Assembly (NCBI GenBank): GCA_050331235.1
Contig: JBHJHA010000011.1
Span: 32,001 to 96,000, forward strand
Source of the DNA: Leptolyngbyaceae cyanobacterium
GTDB lineage: Bacteria; Cyanobacteriota; Cyanobacteriia; Phormidesmidales; Phormidesmidaceae
Length of the DNA stretch: 64,000 nucleotides
Direction of reading: 5' to 3'
Shown here piece after piece: positions 49,750-61,187 of this stretch. The position numbers and the translations under genes are program-made. The notes beneath the pieces are model-generated. The model was not told where the DNA came from, made no database searches, and worked only from the letters and a program-made list of their open reading frames with translations. Position 1 is the stretch's first letter, and the number at the start of each line of letters is the position of its first letter.

Positions 49750-51222
49750 TCGTGACCTCCCAAAATCGCATGCTTGCTATTGTGTGCCTATTTTCAGAAC
49801 GATACCTAGCACCATCAGACTCTAATGAAAGTGTCCACTCTCGGAAACTTTGCGCTCACCAAACGAAGAATGACAGTGACTAGCCTGAGATTCAGGCAAG
49901 AAATCAGGTGCCCACACACCAATCTCAACTTGACATTTTACATGATCAAACCCGCTTCACCAGACTACTCAAAGCTTCTGCGAATCGGATTCATAGAGGC
50001 GCCCTCTACAATCAAATTCTCCTAAAAAATAAATCTCCAGCCTCCGGGTAGGGTAGCGATGGCTGTGATAGTTAGGCTTATAAATCGCTGGAGAGTTTGA
50101 TCCCTATACCCATTTAGCCCTTTTACATTGATTCAGACTGCTTCCTTAGGTGATCGCGAATCAACATGTCGACCTTTGATCCATATTCTTAACCCATACT
50201 TAGATCCCCCAAGTATTGAGCAAAAAAGTATCAACACAGGCCAGCCATTAAAATCAAAAAAATATCGCAAGATTGCATTATGCCTACCTCGTACAAGCTC
50301 AATGAATACTCCTTTAAAGGAGGTAGCTTAAAACAAATTAAAAGCTGTAAAGACTTGTGCAACTTCAGCCAATAGCTACAAGCTCAAAAAGCAATATTTT
50401 TCACCTAAATTGCACTTACGCATTCTCAATAATCAATCAAAAGCCTTGAACAAACAGACAAATATACATAACGTCAAGACGCCACGGATAGCCACGGCTT
50501 TTAGGGATACTGGACGGCAAAATCGCCAAAGAAGCAACTAGGAAGCATTGTTATCCAGGAGATATCCCCTTAAAGTCATTTAACAAACAATGCTTTTTAA
50601 GTAGCTAATGGCAGCTTTTCCAAGCATTAAACGATTGCCGCGACCGGCCACCAAAAACCAAAAGCGAGCATATTTTTTCTCTCAGAGCACTATCGTCCCA
50701 CTCGATGAGATGGCTCCCAATCACTTAAGCCATCGATGAAGTATTCAAGCATCGTTAAGTTTCGTTTCGAAAATAAACACCAAAACTCAATAAACTCTCG
50801 GAGAATGTAAAAAAAGGCTGATCAACATTTTGATTTTGGACCTGTCACGCTAAAAAGAACTGCAATGAAGCATGATTTTGGTGGTCATTTGTGTCTAAGT
50901 GTGAAGCGAACAGCTTTAGGGGTCGTCGTTGACAGTCGGAGTAGCCACAAGGACTTGGGAGTGTAGGAGTCCTGTAACGCTAAGTAAACAATTGGCTGGC
51001 TAAGATGCAGAGGCAAATTAGTAGCCAAAGCAGACATTTAAATCACCGCATTGATTCCGGCAAGTAAAGACGGTTTTGCCGGTAGTTCAGGAGCTGCAGT
51101 CGGCCTCATCTGGCATCGCTCCTGCGGAAAAGGTATCGCTGGGAAATCCCGGTTGCAGGTTTTGCCGAGTGAAGTTTCCATCATCGTTAGATCGTCCTGC
51201 AGAAGATTAGGAGAATGATTTT

Positions 51223-52830
51223 ATGACCGTTGCGATCGCATCTGATACGACAGCGCCGTCGGATACTCATCCCAAGATGCGGGTGGGCATTCCCAAAGAA
51301 ATTACCCAGGGAGAAAAGCGCGTTGCCGCAACCCCCGATACTGCTCAAAAGCTACAAAAGCTCGGCTTTGAAGTTTGGATCGAATCAGGCGCGGGCATGG
51401 CGGCAAGTTTTCCCGATCGGGCCTATACCGCAGCGGGGTGCCATGTCGTTCATGATGTGGTCATGTTGTGGGCCGAGTCTGACATTATTCTCAAAGTGCA
51501 GGCACCTCACTGGCACACTGGGATCAATCAACACGAAGCCGAACTGTTGCGTCCCGGTGGCAAGTTGATCAGCTTTATTTGGCCGGCCCAAAATCCGGAG
51601 TTGCTAGAGCAGCTTTCGCAAAAAGGGGCAACGGCAATGGCGATGGATGCCGTCCCGCGGATTACCCGAGCCCAAAAGCTCGATGCCTTGAGCTCTATGG
51701 CCAATCTGGCGGGCTATCGGGCGGTGATCGAGGCAGCGAATCAGTTTAGCCGAGGATTTACTGGCCAAATCACAGCGGCGGGCAAGATTCCCCCTTGTAA
51801 GGTGCTCGTCATCGGGGCGGGCGTTGCGGGCCTGGCCGCCATTGGTACGGCGCGGGGCTTAGGGGCGATCGTTCGTGCCTTTGACACCCGCCCCGTGGTC
51901 AAGGAGCAGGTAGAAAGCCTCGGGGCAGAATTTCTGGAGCTGCATTTCGAAGATGATGAGAATGGCGAAGGTGGCGGCGGTTATGCCAAGGTGATGAGTC
52001 CGGCCTTTATCGCGGCGGAAATGGCGTTGTTTTTAGAACAAGCCAAGGAAGTTGACATCATCATCACAACGGCGTTGATCCCTGGAAAGCCCGCCCCCCG
52101 TCTCATTACCCAAGAGATGGTCGAAGCGATGAAACCGGGTTCAGTAATTGTCGATATGGCTGCGGAACAGGGGGGCAATTGTGAGCTCACTCGCCCCCAC
52201 GAAATCTATGACCACAACGGCGTCAAGGTTGTAGGGCTAACCGACTTGGCCAGCCGCATGGCCAACCAAGCGAGTCAGCTCTATGGCACCAACTTGTACC
52301 ATCTGCTAAATGAGTTGGGTGGCGCTGAAGAGCATCATTTTGACCTAGAGGATGATGTGGTGCGTCAGGCTACCGTCGTCCATGAGGGCAACGTGATTTG
52401 GCCAGCACCGCCACTAGAGCGTCCCGCACCACCGGCCCCCACCCCAAAAGTGGTCGTCGAGACGGACGCTGCGCCGAAAAAGGCAAATCCGCTCAAACAG
52501 TTGATCTGGCCAATTTTGATCAGCGCCGCCTTAGTGGGGGTCGGGATTGCCGCGCCGGAATCTTTTATCTCGCACTTCACGGTCTTTGTGCTGGCGATCT
52601 TTTTGGGCTGGAAGGTGATTTGGGACGTTACCCCCGCCCTGCATACGCCATTGATGAGTGTGACGAATGCCATTAGCGGCATCATCATCATCGGCGGCAT
52701 GTTGCAAATTTCTGGGCCACTGACCTCCACCGTGACAATTTTGGGGGCGATCGCGATTTTTGTAAGCACGCTCAACATCTCCGGTGGGTTCTTTGTCACC
52801 CAGCGCATGTTGAACATGTTTCGCAAATAG
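51223..52830 (+). CDS. pntA: NAD(P) transhydrogenase subunit alpha
   Basis: [47 protein letters not shown] and [14 protein letters not shown]. Confidence 0.97.
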   Translation: MTVAIASDTTAPSDTHPKMRVGIPKEITQGEKRVAATPDTAQKLQKLGFEVWIESGAGMAASFPDRAYTAAGCHVVHDVVMLWAESDIILKVQAPHWHTGINQHEAELLRPGGKLISFIWPAQNPELLEQLSQKGATAMAMDAVPRITRAQKLDALSSMANLAGYRAVIEAANQFSRGFTGQITAAGKIPPCKVLVIGAGVAGLAAIGTARGLGAIVRAFDTRPVVKEQVESLGAEFLELHFEDDENGEGGGGYAKVMSPAFIAAEMALFLEQAKEVDIIITTALIPGKPAPRLITQEMVEAMKPGSVIVDMAAEQGGNCELTRPHEIYDHNGVKVVGLTDLASRMANQASQLYGTNLYHLLNELGGAEEHHFDLEDDVVRQATVVHEGNVIWPAPPLERPAPPAPTPKVVVETDAAPKKANPLKQLIWPILISAALVGVGIAAPESFISHFTVFVLAIFLGWKVIWDVTPALHTPLMSVTNAISGIIIIGGMLQISGPLTSTVTILGAIAIFVSTLNISGGFFVTQRMLNMFRK

Positions 52831-52876
52831 GCTGCATCCCTAACCAACTCGACACAGTACGCAGGATCTTCTGAAT

Positions 52877-54307
52877 ATGTCTAATAATCTGTTGACGGTT
52901 GCTTACATTGCAGCCAGCATTCTCTTTATTCTCAGCTTGGGGGGGTTGTCAAACCCCGAAACGGCCCGCCGGGGCAACCTTTACGGCATTGCCGGCATGG
53001 TGGTGGCCTTGGGAGCCACGGCCTGGAGCCGCCAAGTCACTAACTATGGGGTGCTCTTGGCGGCGATGGGACCCGCCATCTGGATTGGTGGTCTGCTGGC
53101 AACCCGCGCGGCCATGACCTCCATGCCGCAGCTCGTGGGTTTGCTTAATGGGTTTGGCGGTTTGGCGGCAGTGCTCGTCGGCTACGCCAGCTTTCTCAAT
53201 CCCGATGCCTCCCTACAGGGCATCGACTTCACCATTCACAAGGTAGAAGTTTACGTCGGCATCTTCATTGGTGCAGTGACCTTCATCGGCTCCCTGATTG
53301 CCTGCGGTAAACTCCAGGGCATTGTCTCTAGCAAGGCGATCGTGTTGCCGGGGCGACACATTCTCAATATTGGCTTGTTGGCGGCGGTCGTGGGGCTGGG
53401 CTATCGCTACATGACCGTGGGCGAAACGGCGGCCCTACTGCCCTTAGGCATCATGACGGCGATCGCCGCTGTTTTAGGCATCACTTTGGTGATTGCGATC
53501 GGCGGAGCCGACATGCCAGTGGTCATTTCCATCCTCAACAGCTACTCCGGCTGGGGGGCAGCGGCGGCGGGCTTTATGCTCAACAATGACCTGCTGATTA
53601 TCACAGGTGCTCTGGTGGGCAGCAGCGGCCTCATCCTCAGCTACATCATGTGTCAGGCGATGAACCGCTCGTTTGCCAATGTGCTGCTCGGCGGCTTCGG
53701 CAACACCAACTACCAGGGCAAAGCCGTCGAAGGGGAAGCCACTTCCACCTCAGTGGAAGAGACCGTAGAGCTGCTAAACACGGCTAGCAATGTCGTCATC
53801 GTGCCCGGCTATGGCATGGCCGTGGCCCAGGCGCAGCACGCCGTGGCCGAAATCACCCGCATATTGCGCGATCGCGGTACGCAAGTGCGCTTTGGCATTC
53901 ACCCTGTGGCGGGGCGGCTCCCCGGTCACATGAATGTGTTGCTGGCGGAAGCCAATGTGCCCTACGATATCGTGCTGGAAATGGAGGAAATCAACGGTGA
54001 TTTGCCGGCGACTGACGTGGTGCTCGTCATCGGTGCTAACGACACGGTCAACCCCAGTGCGCTAGAAGACCCCGACAGCCCGATGGCTGGGATGCCCGTA
54101 TTGGAAGTGTGGAAAGCGCAAAATGCGATCGTGCTGAAGCGCAGTCTCTCCGCCGGTTACGCCGGCGTAGCAAATCCCCTCTTTTACAAAGAGAATACGT
54201 CGATGCTGTTTGGCGATGCCCGGGCAAATGTCATGGCGATTTTAGAACAGCTCAACCGTGAGCAGTCTAGCGCTCCAGCCACTACGCTGGCGATCGCCAG
54301 CAAGTAA
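52877..54307 (+). CDS. pntB: NAD(P) transhydrogenase subunit beta
   Basis: [47 protein letters not shown] and IGANDTVNP. Confidence 0.97.
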   Translation: MSNNLLTVAYIAASILFILSLGGLSNPETARRGNLYGIAGMVVALGATAWSRQVTNYGVLLAAMGPAIWIGGLLATRAAMTSMPQLVGLLNGFGGLAAVLVGYASFLNPDASLQGIDFTIHKVEVYVGIFIGAVTFIGSLIACGKLQGIVSSKAIVLPGRHILNIGLLAAVVGLGYRYMTVGETAALLPLGIMTAIAAVLGITLVIAIGGADMPVVISILNSYSGWGAAAAGFMLNNDLLIITGALVGSSGLILSYIMCQAMNRSFANVLLGGFGNTNYQGKAVEGEATSTSVEETVELLNTASNVVIVPGYGMAVAQAQHAVAEITRILRDRGTQVRFGIHPVAGRLPGHMNVLLAEANVPYDIVLEMEEINGDLPATDVVLVIGANDTVNPSALEDPDSPMAGMPVLEVWKAQNAIVLKRSLSAGYAGVANPLFYKENTSMLFGDARANVMAILEQLNREQSSAPATTLAIASK

Positions 54308-54340
54308 AGCTTGCCACGGTGTCAATAGGTCATTTTTGGA

Positions 54341-54378
54341 ATGCCCCCGGCTCAGCTAGTGTTTCTGAGTGGGGGCAT
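54341..54378. terminator. Stem-loop after pntB (probable terminator between convergent genes)
   Basis: ATGCCCCC..CTCAG...CTGAG.GGGGGCAT inverted repeat. Confidence 0.55.
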
Positions 54379-54640
54379 ATTGCTGAGACTGCCGAAATTA
54401 GAGGCGACGATAAAACAGTCTGAGGAAACCATCTTGTGCTTTCTGCCCCATCAAGTCCTTTGCATTTGGGCTAACATCAGCGGAGATTTACGAACCGATT
54501 CAAACCTCGCTGGTGTGGTCAGAGCTCACCATTGATCTGGTTGATTAAGCTTTAAAGCGCTCTACGACAGAAACCAACACCGCTGCTGCCAACTGGCTGA
54601 TGGAGTACGATCGCTAGCTTCATAAAGTCCCAAGGTCGCT

Positions 54641-55510
54641 CTATTGAGAATTTAACCACCGCCGCCGCCAGTGACCCGTTGGCTGTAGCGATGACTGGGC
54701 TTGCTCTTGCGATCGCCGCCGCTGAATCGTGTCCGCATCATCCCGCAGAGACGGATCGCGATAGGGAATGGCGGCCCGCGTCTGGAGGTGTTCGCGCTCC
54801 TGCGGCGAGAGGTCAGGCAAATCGGTATTAGTGTGACGGGCAAGGGTGCTGGGCCAGCGACGACCCGGGGCCGCCAATGACCCGATGTGCAGCCCTGCCA
54901 GTTGCAACGCGGTGCGCACCGCCGCCGCACAGGAATAGGTCACAAGCACCCCCTGAGGATGTAGACACTGCGCTACCAGCGTCAGGAACTCCGCCGTCCA
55001 CAATTGCGGACAGCGGGGGGGTGAAAAGGGATCCAGAAAGATGACATCGGCCTGAAATCCCCCCCTTGCCAGCGGTTGAATCCGTTGCCGGGCATCGCCA
55101 ATGAATAAATCCGCCTGTAGCGACGTGCGGAGCCGCTGCTGCTCTGCCAGCTTTGTAAGGGCCATCTGCACCGTATCCGGCCATTCCTTGAGCAGCCCCT
55201 GAGCGATCGCTGCCCTGGGCACTCCGGCATCTAACTCTAAGCCAACGTGCTGAATTGGCAGACCTTTATCCTGGGCCCAGATGGCCTCTAGCGCCGCCGC
55301 CGTGTTGTATCCCAGCCCGTAGCAGACATCTAAAATTGTGATCTGCCCCTGGGCTTGGGCCCGCTCAACCAGCCCAGTAGCTAGCACATAGGTGCTGCGG
55401 GCTTCTTCGTAGGCTCCGCTGCGGCTATGAAACCACTCGCCAAAGGCCTCTGAATAAAAGGTCTCGCTGCCGTCAGCGGTGAGTTCAATCGGGAAGGCAT
55501 CCGTTTGCAT
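54641..55510 (-). CDS. MnmC-like (MnmD-domain) SAM-dependent tRNA methyltransferase
   Basis: TADGSETFYS..F.E.FHS..GA, LDVCYGLGYN and FLDPFSP.RCPQLW. Confidence 0.85.
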   Translation of the reverse strand: MQTDAFPIELTADGSETFYSEAFGEWFHSRSGAYEEARSTYVLATGLVERAQAQGQITILDVCYGLGYNTAAALEAIWAQDKGLPIQHVGLELDAGVPRAAIAQGLLKEWPDTVQMALTKLAEQQRLRTSLQADLFIGDARQRIQPLARGGFQADVIFLDPFSPPRCPQLWTAEFLTLVAQCLHPQGVLVTYSCAAAVRTALQLAGLHIGSLAAPGRRWPSTLARHTNTDLPDLSPQEREHLQTRAAIPYRDPSLRDDADTIQRRRSQEQAQSSLQPTGHWRRRWLNSQ

Positions 55511-55639
55511 GGCAATCTTTAGCAAAACCTGAAAGACTGATAAAAGATCCTAACTGCATTCTTTCGAGAGATACGGCAGAATGGTATTGATTAAGAAACA
55601 TTTCTGTTGTTAAAGTCTTTTTCTACTAAGGAGCGCTCA

Positions 55640-57364
55640 ATGGTTGTCGCTGCACCCCAATTGCAAAAACGCCTCACCATGCAGGTAGAGCCCAACATCG
55701 CGGCGGACACTACGGCTATTCGCTCCCTTGATTGGGATCGCGATCGCTTCGACATTGAGTTTGGCCTGCAAAATGGCACCACCTACAACTCCTTCATCAT
55801 TCGCGGTGAAAAGACAGCCTTAGTTGATACCTCCCACGCAAAGTTTCGAGATCTCTATCTCGATGCCCTAAAGGCACAAATCGATCCCGCTGAGCTTGAC
55901 TACATCGTCATCAGCCATACCGAGCCTGACCATAGCGGCTTAGTGCGTGATGTGCTGACGTTAGCGCCTAAGGCAACGGTGGTCGGGGCCAAGGTCGCTC
56001 TCCAGTTTTTGGATGATTTGGTGCACCAGCCCTTTGAGCGCTTACAGGTCAAAAGTGGTGAACAGCTGGACTTGGGCAATGGCCACGTTCTGGAATTTGT
56101 TAATGCGCCTAACCTGCACTGGCCCGATACGATTTTCACTTACGATCATCAGAGTCAAGTGCTGTTTACCTGTGATGCCTTTGGGTTGCACTATTGCAGC
56201 GATGCCGTTTACGACGAAGACCTCGCCGCGATATCTCCTGACTTTCGCTTTTACTACGAGTGCCTGATGGCCCCCAACGCGCGGTCGGTGCTATCCGCTA
56301 TGAAGCGCATGGACAAGTTGCCCGAGATCACCACTGTCGCCACTGGTCACGGTCCGCTGTTGCGGCACCATGTAGGCGAGTTGACAGATCGCTATCGCCG
56401 CTGGAGCCAAGAAAAGAGCCAGGCAGAAACGCTGGTTGCTGTCTTTTACATGTCTGATTACGGCTACAGTGATCGCCTCTCCCAAGCGATCGCCCGTGGC
56501 ATCACTAAAACTGGCGTGGCGGTAGAGATGCTTGATCTGCGATCCGCTGATCCCCAGGAAGTGAACGAACTAGTAGGGCGGGCTCGGGGCTTGGTCATCG
56601 GCATGCCTCCGGCAACCGGGGCAAAAACGGCCCAAACGGCGCTGGGAACGATTTTTGCAGCCGTTCATGATAAGCAAACGGTAGGGCTGTTTGAATCCTA
56701 CGGTGGCGACGACGAGCCAATTGACACCCTGGCTACCCGGTTCCAAGATCTGGAGCTGCGCTCGGCGTTTAACCCTATTCGGGTCAAAGACACCCCTGAT
56801 GAGGCCCTCTACCAACTCTGTGATGAAGCGGGCACTGACCTAGGTCAACTATTAGGTCAAGCTAAAAAGCTCAAGAAGCTCAAATCTCTCAACGCGGAAA
56901 TGGAAAAGGCGCTAGGGCGGATTAGCAGCGGCCTCTACATCATGACCGCGAAGAAAGGGGAGGTTTCCAGTGCGATGCTGGCTTCTTGGGTTTCCCAAGC
57001 CAGCTTTGAACCCCTAGGCTTTACCGTGGCTGTGGCAAAGGACCGGGCGATCGAATCTTTGTTACAGGTGGGCGACACGTTTGTGCTCAATATTTTGGAA
57101 GAGGGCAATTACTCGGCTCTGATGAAGCACTTCCTAAAGCGCTTTCCACCGGGGAGCGATCGCTTTGCCGGCATTCGGACGCGCCCCGCTCAGAATGGTT
57201 CGCCGATTCTCGGCGATGCGCTAGCCTATTTAGAATGCACGGTCACGAGCCGTATGGAAGTCAGCGATCACTGGATCGTTTACTGCACCGTTGACGAGGG
57301 GAAAGTATCTGATCCTGAAGGCACTACGGCGGTACACCATCGGAAGGTCGGCACCTACTATTAA
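55640..57364 (+). CDS. flv3: Class C flavodiiron protein (Flv3-like)
   Basis: DRFDIEFGLQNGTTYNS, canonical HTEPDH, HWPD, flavodoxin domain and C-terminal flavin reductase (HHRKVG). Confidence 0.85.
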   Translation: MVVAAPQLQKRLTMQVEPNIAADTTAIRSLDWDRDRFDIEFGLQNGTTYNSFIIRGEKTALVDTSHAKFRDLYLDALKAQIDPAELDYIVISHTEPDHSGLVRDVLTLAPKATVVGAKVALQFLDDLVHQPFERLQVKSGEQLDLGNGHVLEFVNAPNLHWPDTIFTYDHQSQVLFTCDAFGLHYCSDAVYDEDLAAISPDFRFYYECLMAPNARSVLSAMKRMDKLPEITTVATGHGPLLRHHVGELTDRYRRWSQEKSQAETLVAVFYMSDYGYSDRLSQAIARGITKTGVAVEMLDLRSADPQEVNELVGRARGLVIGMPPATGAKTAQTALGTIFAAVHDKQTVGLFESYGGDDEPIDTLATRFQDLELRSAFNPIRVKDTPDEALYQLCDEAGTDLGQLLGQAKKLKKLKSLNAEMEKALGRISSGLYIMTAKKGEVSSAMLASWVSQASFEPLGFTVAVAKDRAIESLLQVGDTFVLNILEEGNYSALMKHFLKRFPPGSDRFAGIRTRPAQNGSPILGDALAYLECTVTSRMEVSDHWIVYCTVDEGKVSDPEGTTAVHHRKVGTYY

Positions 57365-57541
57365 TCGCGATCGCCCCGGGTGACGTTGAGGTTTCCACCC
57401 GGCGAACGTAGGTCGGCCCTTCGCTGAGGCACCCTTGCGATTTCAGAGATAACTCACCTGTGCGCGAGCTACACCAGCCTTGGCGTTGACTCCTCTCCAT
57501 ATGGCGCTGGGCCACCGAGCCCACAAAAGGCTTTAAAGCAG

Positions 57542-57573
57542 CAGCGCCGCCCTAAGTCATTAGGGCGGCACTG
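57542..57573. terminator. Stem-loop between convergent flv3 and cp12
   Basis: GCCGCCCTAA-GTCA-TTAGGGCGGC perfect 10-bp stem. Confidence 0.6.
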
Positions 57574-57597
57574 ATTATATCTGCTTAGGATTAACGC

Positions 57598-57825
57598 TTA
57601 GTCTTCGTAAACGCGACACTCATCCGCATCGGGATTGTCGTCACAGTACTTCTCGAGGGAAGACTTTTTGGGGCCAGTTTGACGCTGGTGAGAGGCCTCA
57701 GCTTGCAGCTCTTCGACTGCATCCCAAGCAGCAGCGCACTCAGCGGAGGAGGCGCCAGATGTATCACAAGTGTTGCGTGCTTCTTTCAACTCTTCTTGAA
57801 TTTTGTCTTGAATGTTGTTGCTCAT
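57598..57825 (-). CDS. cp12: Calvin cycle regulatory protein CP12 (both Cys pairs present)
   Basis: C...ECAAAWDAVEELQAE and YCDDNPDADECRVYED. ATG at 57825. Confidence 0.96.
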   Translation of the reverse strand: MSNNIQDKIQEELKEARNTCDTSGASSAECAAAWDAVEELQAEASHQRQTGPKKSSLEKYCDDNPDADECRVYED

Positions 57826-58407
57826 AAGAACCTTTATTAGACCGTTCTCCAACTTGATAACGCATTGCCAACTACAAAATTAGCAATACCAATGTCCTTA
57901 GCTAGTTTAGCGCTTTGCTTTGGCTAGAACGGTGTAAACCATGGCAAAGATTTGCATAGCGGCTGACTCCGTATAAATACTGCAACATCCCTCAATAGAG
58001 GGGTAGCAGAACTCTCAACTCCTTACAAACTAATGCTTAACTAGGCCTAGCTGTAGGGGTAAAAACCTCACTTTTAGTTCGGTTCTATTGAGTGAATACA
58101 GCTTATATTCATAGCTTAGCCCAGCTATTCTCCATCCAAACCAACCTTAAGCTGGAACTCAGATTACGCCATAAGTCAGAATTAACTGCCGGGGTAGAAA
58201 TATCGGCCAAAGACGCATTTCAGCAATGAATACCATAGATTCAAGTAAATCAATATTTGCTAATTTATCTGGAAGCCGCTTAAACTTGGTGAACTTCGGA
58301 TAAAGAACCCGTAGAATTGCGTCGATTTCTGTAAGACGATTTGCTTAATTGGCCTTAGGGTGAAATAAGCTTCACTAAACAGCAGCAGTGCAACCCCCAT
58401 TTTTCTG

Positions 58408-59667
58408 ATGCCTGAAACCTCCGGATCGATGCAGTGGGTTAGTGCCCTCTCAACCAAACCATCTTTAGAAGCGGCGGTGCGAGACATTGCCGAACAAGTC
58501 AAGGCACAACTCCAGCAGCCACCTGATTTGGGGTTGATCTTTATTTCAGCAGCTTTTGCCAGTGAGTTTGCGCGTTTACTGCCTCTTCTGAATGAAGCGC
58601 TGCCTATCCCCTGTGTGATTGGCTGTAGCGGCGGCGGCATCGTGGGGACTGCACCAGCAGAACCAGCGCGGGAAATTGAACAACGTCCGGGCTTGAGTCT
58701 CTGTGCGGCAACGCTACCCGGAGTGACCATCCAGCCCTTTGCACTGAAAGAGGAAGCCTTACCAGATTTGGATAGCCCACCTGATGCCTGGGCCGAAAAG
58801 ATTGGCGTGGCTCCCGCACAAAACCCGAATTTCATTCTGCTAGCGGATCCATTCACGGCGAAAATCACCGAGCTCTTGCAGGGGCTAGATTTTGCCTATC
58901 CCGGCACGGTCAAAATCGGTGGTTTGGCCAGCATCAGCGGTGTACAAAGAAATAGCGGGCTGTTTATCAACGGCACCCTGCAAACGGAGGGATTGGTGGG
59001 GTTGGCACTATCCGGCAATCTGGTGCTAGATGCGATCGTGGCTCAGGGATGTCGGCCCATTGGTCGACCATTCCGGATCGCGGCGGGCGATCGCAATATT
59101 TTGCTAGAGCTTGAAGAGATTGACGACTTCGGGGGGGAAACTCAGCTGCCATTGGAAGCGTTGCAAGACATTCTCCAAGACCTGAGTGAAAGCGATCGCG
59201 AACTTGCTAGAGATGCGCTCCATGTTGGCATTGCCCAGGATGGCTTTAAGCAAACCTTAGAGCCTGGCGATTTTTTGATTCGTAATCTTTTAGGCATTGA
59301 TCCCCGTTTGGGAGCTTTAGCCGTTGGCGATCGCATTCGAGTTGGGCAGCGCATCCAATTTCACCTGCGCGACGCCCGCACGTCTGCCGACGACTTAGAA
59401 ACTTTGCTCATCCGCTATCGTAGCCAGCACAAACTCGACGAAGAGACTCCCATTGGTGCCCTGATGTTCTCCTGCATGGGTCGCGGCGAGGGGCTTTACC
59501 AAAAGCCGCACTTTGACTCCCGCTTATTTCAGGAATTTCTAGGCGAGATGCCGCTCAATGGCTTCTTTTGCGGCGGCGAAATTGGCCCCGTCGGGAACAC
59601 CACATTTCTACACGGATACACATCGGTTTTTGGTATCTGTCGCCCAGCCCCCGACTCCAATAGCTAA
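58408..59667 (+). CDS. FIST N/C domain sensory protein
   Basis: IGCSGGGI, LLADPF, IGGLAS, VAQGCRPIG, FSCMGRG and GFFCGGEIGP..LHGYTS. Confidence 0.9.
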   Translation: MPETSGSMQWVSALSTKPSLEAAVRDIAEQVKAQLQQPPDLGLIFISAAFASEFARLLPLLNEALPIPCVIGCSGGGIVGTAPAEPAREIEQRPGLSLCAATLPGVTIQPFALKEEALPDLDSPPDAWAEKIGVAPAQNPNFILLADPFTAKITELLQGLDFAYPGTVKIGGLASISGVQRNSGLFINGTLQTEGLVGLALSGNLVLDAIVAQGCRPIGRPFRIAAGDRNILLELEEIDDFGGETQLPLEALQDILQDLSESDRELARDALHVGIAQDGFKQTLEPGDFLIRNLLGIDPRLGALAVGDRIRVGQRIQFHLRDARTSADDLETLLIRYRSQHKLDEETPIGALMFSCMGRGEGLYQKPHFDSRLFQEFLGEMPLNGFFCGGEIGPVGNTTFLHGYTSVFGICRPAPDSNS

Positions 59668-59688
59668 TACTTGGCCCCAGGGCTCGGA

Positions 59689-60123
59689 TTACATCTCGCT
59701 CACGTCAGACGCTGAGGCCTGTAAAACCGCCATCACCTGCTGATGCAGCGTAGCAATTTGGGGATAGTTATCCACCGCTCGCTGATAGCGCACTGCCGCT
59801 TCGCTGGACTCATCTGATTCTAAGGGTAGCAAGTCATGAGCCTTTTGCAAGAGGCTATGAATTTCATTGGGTGATACCGGCTCCTTAGAAGCAAAGGACT
59901 CATCAATGGTCGCAATGAACTGGGAAATGGGTCGGAGCCAAGCAAACCACTCATCATTAACAACCAACTGAAATAATTCCATCTTGGAGGTGACCGGGCC
60001 GTGAACCCGTTCGTAGCTGTCTTGTTCCGCATCTAGGAGCGCTTTGTGTAGTCGCAGCATTAGCGGGCGTAGGGCCTTGAGTTTTTCGTAGGCAGGCATC
60101 GAACCAAAAGTCGAATCAGTCAT
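59689..60123 (-). CDS. Conserved hypothetical helical protein
   Basis: LLRLHK-like segment, YERVHG and FAWLRP.SQ.I..IDE. Confidence 0.7.
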   Translation of the reverse strand: MTDSTFGSMPAYEKLKALRPLMLRLHKALLDAEQDSYERVHGPVTSKMELFQLVVNDEWFAWLRPISQFIATIDESFASKEPVSPNEIHSLLQKAHDLLPLESDESSEAAVRYQRAVDNYPQIATLHQQVMAVLQASASDVSEM

Positions 60124-60400
60124 GCAATCAGGCAAGCGTTCTACAGTCTGTATCATCTTGTCACATCTTGCGGACAGGGTTCACCGACATCAGCTTGAGA
60201 CGCCACAGCGATCCCTGGCCAATACGTAGACAGTTTGCGGTCAAGGGCAATGACTCCTGACCGCATCCCCACATCTAGGCTGCTGTCTAGGAAAATCCTG
60301 TTTTTTTTAAGGCTCGCCCCATCACGTTACATTTGGTCAGTCAGCGGGGAAGCTAAAAACTGAAACATCGAGTTTGATATTTCGAAGAGAGGCTCCGCGC

Positions 60401-61117
60401 ATGATGATCAATCCTTTGGGCACCCTGGCGATCGCCACTAGCTTGTTGACGACCGGGCTCTCTAGTCCAGCGCCTGCGGCATCCACCTTTGCCGAGCTAT
60501 GTGCAGCGCTACAGGACTATCGCCCCCTGCCAGAGCTCGACGGAGCAGCTGCTTGGGACACAATGGATGCTCTTTTGGCTGCGGTTGCAACCGAGGACTG
60601 CGCCGCGGCTGAAGCCAGGCTAGCCATGGTAACTGACCTCCACCCGCCGAGCTTGACGACAACGCCAACCGAGGCTGGCTTGGCCATCGACCTGCCCATT
60701 ATGGTTGACCTGCAGATTATCGCGATCGCCGCCCCGGCATTAACGCGCCTCGACTTGAATGGCAGCGTGGTCAGTGAACTGGATGCGATCGCTGAGCTGA
60801 GCAATCTTCAAGAGCTTCATCTGGCGAATACTCAACTGACTGATCTCACTCCCTTGGTCAGCCTGGCACGTCTCAAATTCCTGGATGTGAGCCACAACCA
60901 GATTGCCTCCATTGCTCCGCTGGCCGATATCCCCACATTGCGATCGCTTAACTTGGCCTTTAACCCTGTGACCGACCTCAGCCCCCTTGGTGAAATCTAC
61001 ACAGTCCGGGCCGATGAAGAACCTTGGCGACTACTCGATCTCCGCGGCTTAGACTATGACCTGAGGACCTGTCCAGGGGTTTTAGGCGATGTCTGCGAAG
61101 GCGACATCTACGAGTGA
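60401..61117 (+). CDS. Secreted leucine-rich repeat (internalin-like) protein
   Basis: Signal peptide and LxxLxLxxN repeats (LQELHLANTQLTDL, LKFLDVSHNQIASI, LRSLNLAFNPVTDL). Confidence 0.85.
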   Translation: MMINPLGTLAIATSLLTTGLSSPAPAASTFAELCAALQDYRPLPELDGAAAWDTMDALLAAVATEDCAAAEARLAMVTDLHPPSLTTTPTEAGLAIDLPIMVDLQIIAIAAPALTRLDLNGSVVSELDAIAELSNLQELHLANTQLTDLTPLVSLARLKFLDVSHNQIASIAPLADIPTLRSLNLAFNPVTDLSPLGEIYTVRADEEPWRLLDLRGLDYDLRTCPGVLGDVCEGDIYE

Positions 61118-61128
61118 ATGGCCTCCAA

Positions 61129-61179
61129 ACACAGCGGCGATCACAGCACTTTTGACACTACGATCGCCGCTAGCTGTGT
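61129..61179. terminator. Stem-loop between convergent LRR gene and acs
   Basis: AGCGGCGATC...GATCGCCGCT 10-bp stem. Confidence 0.5.
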
Positions 61180-61187
61180 CCTGATGC

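Noticed and set aside
49750..50900. Replication origin near rpmH
   Set aside because: The region is AT-rich, but there is no dnaA or dnaN gene and no cluster of TT(A/T)TCCACA boxes.
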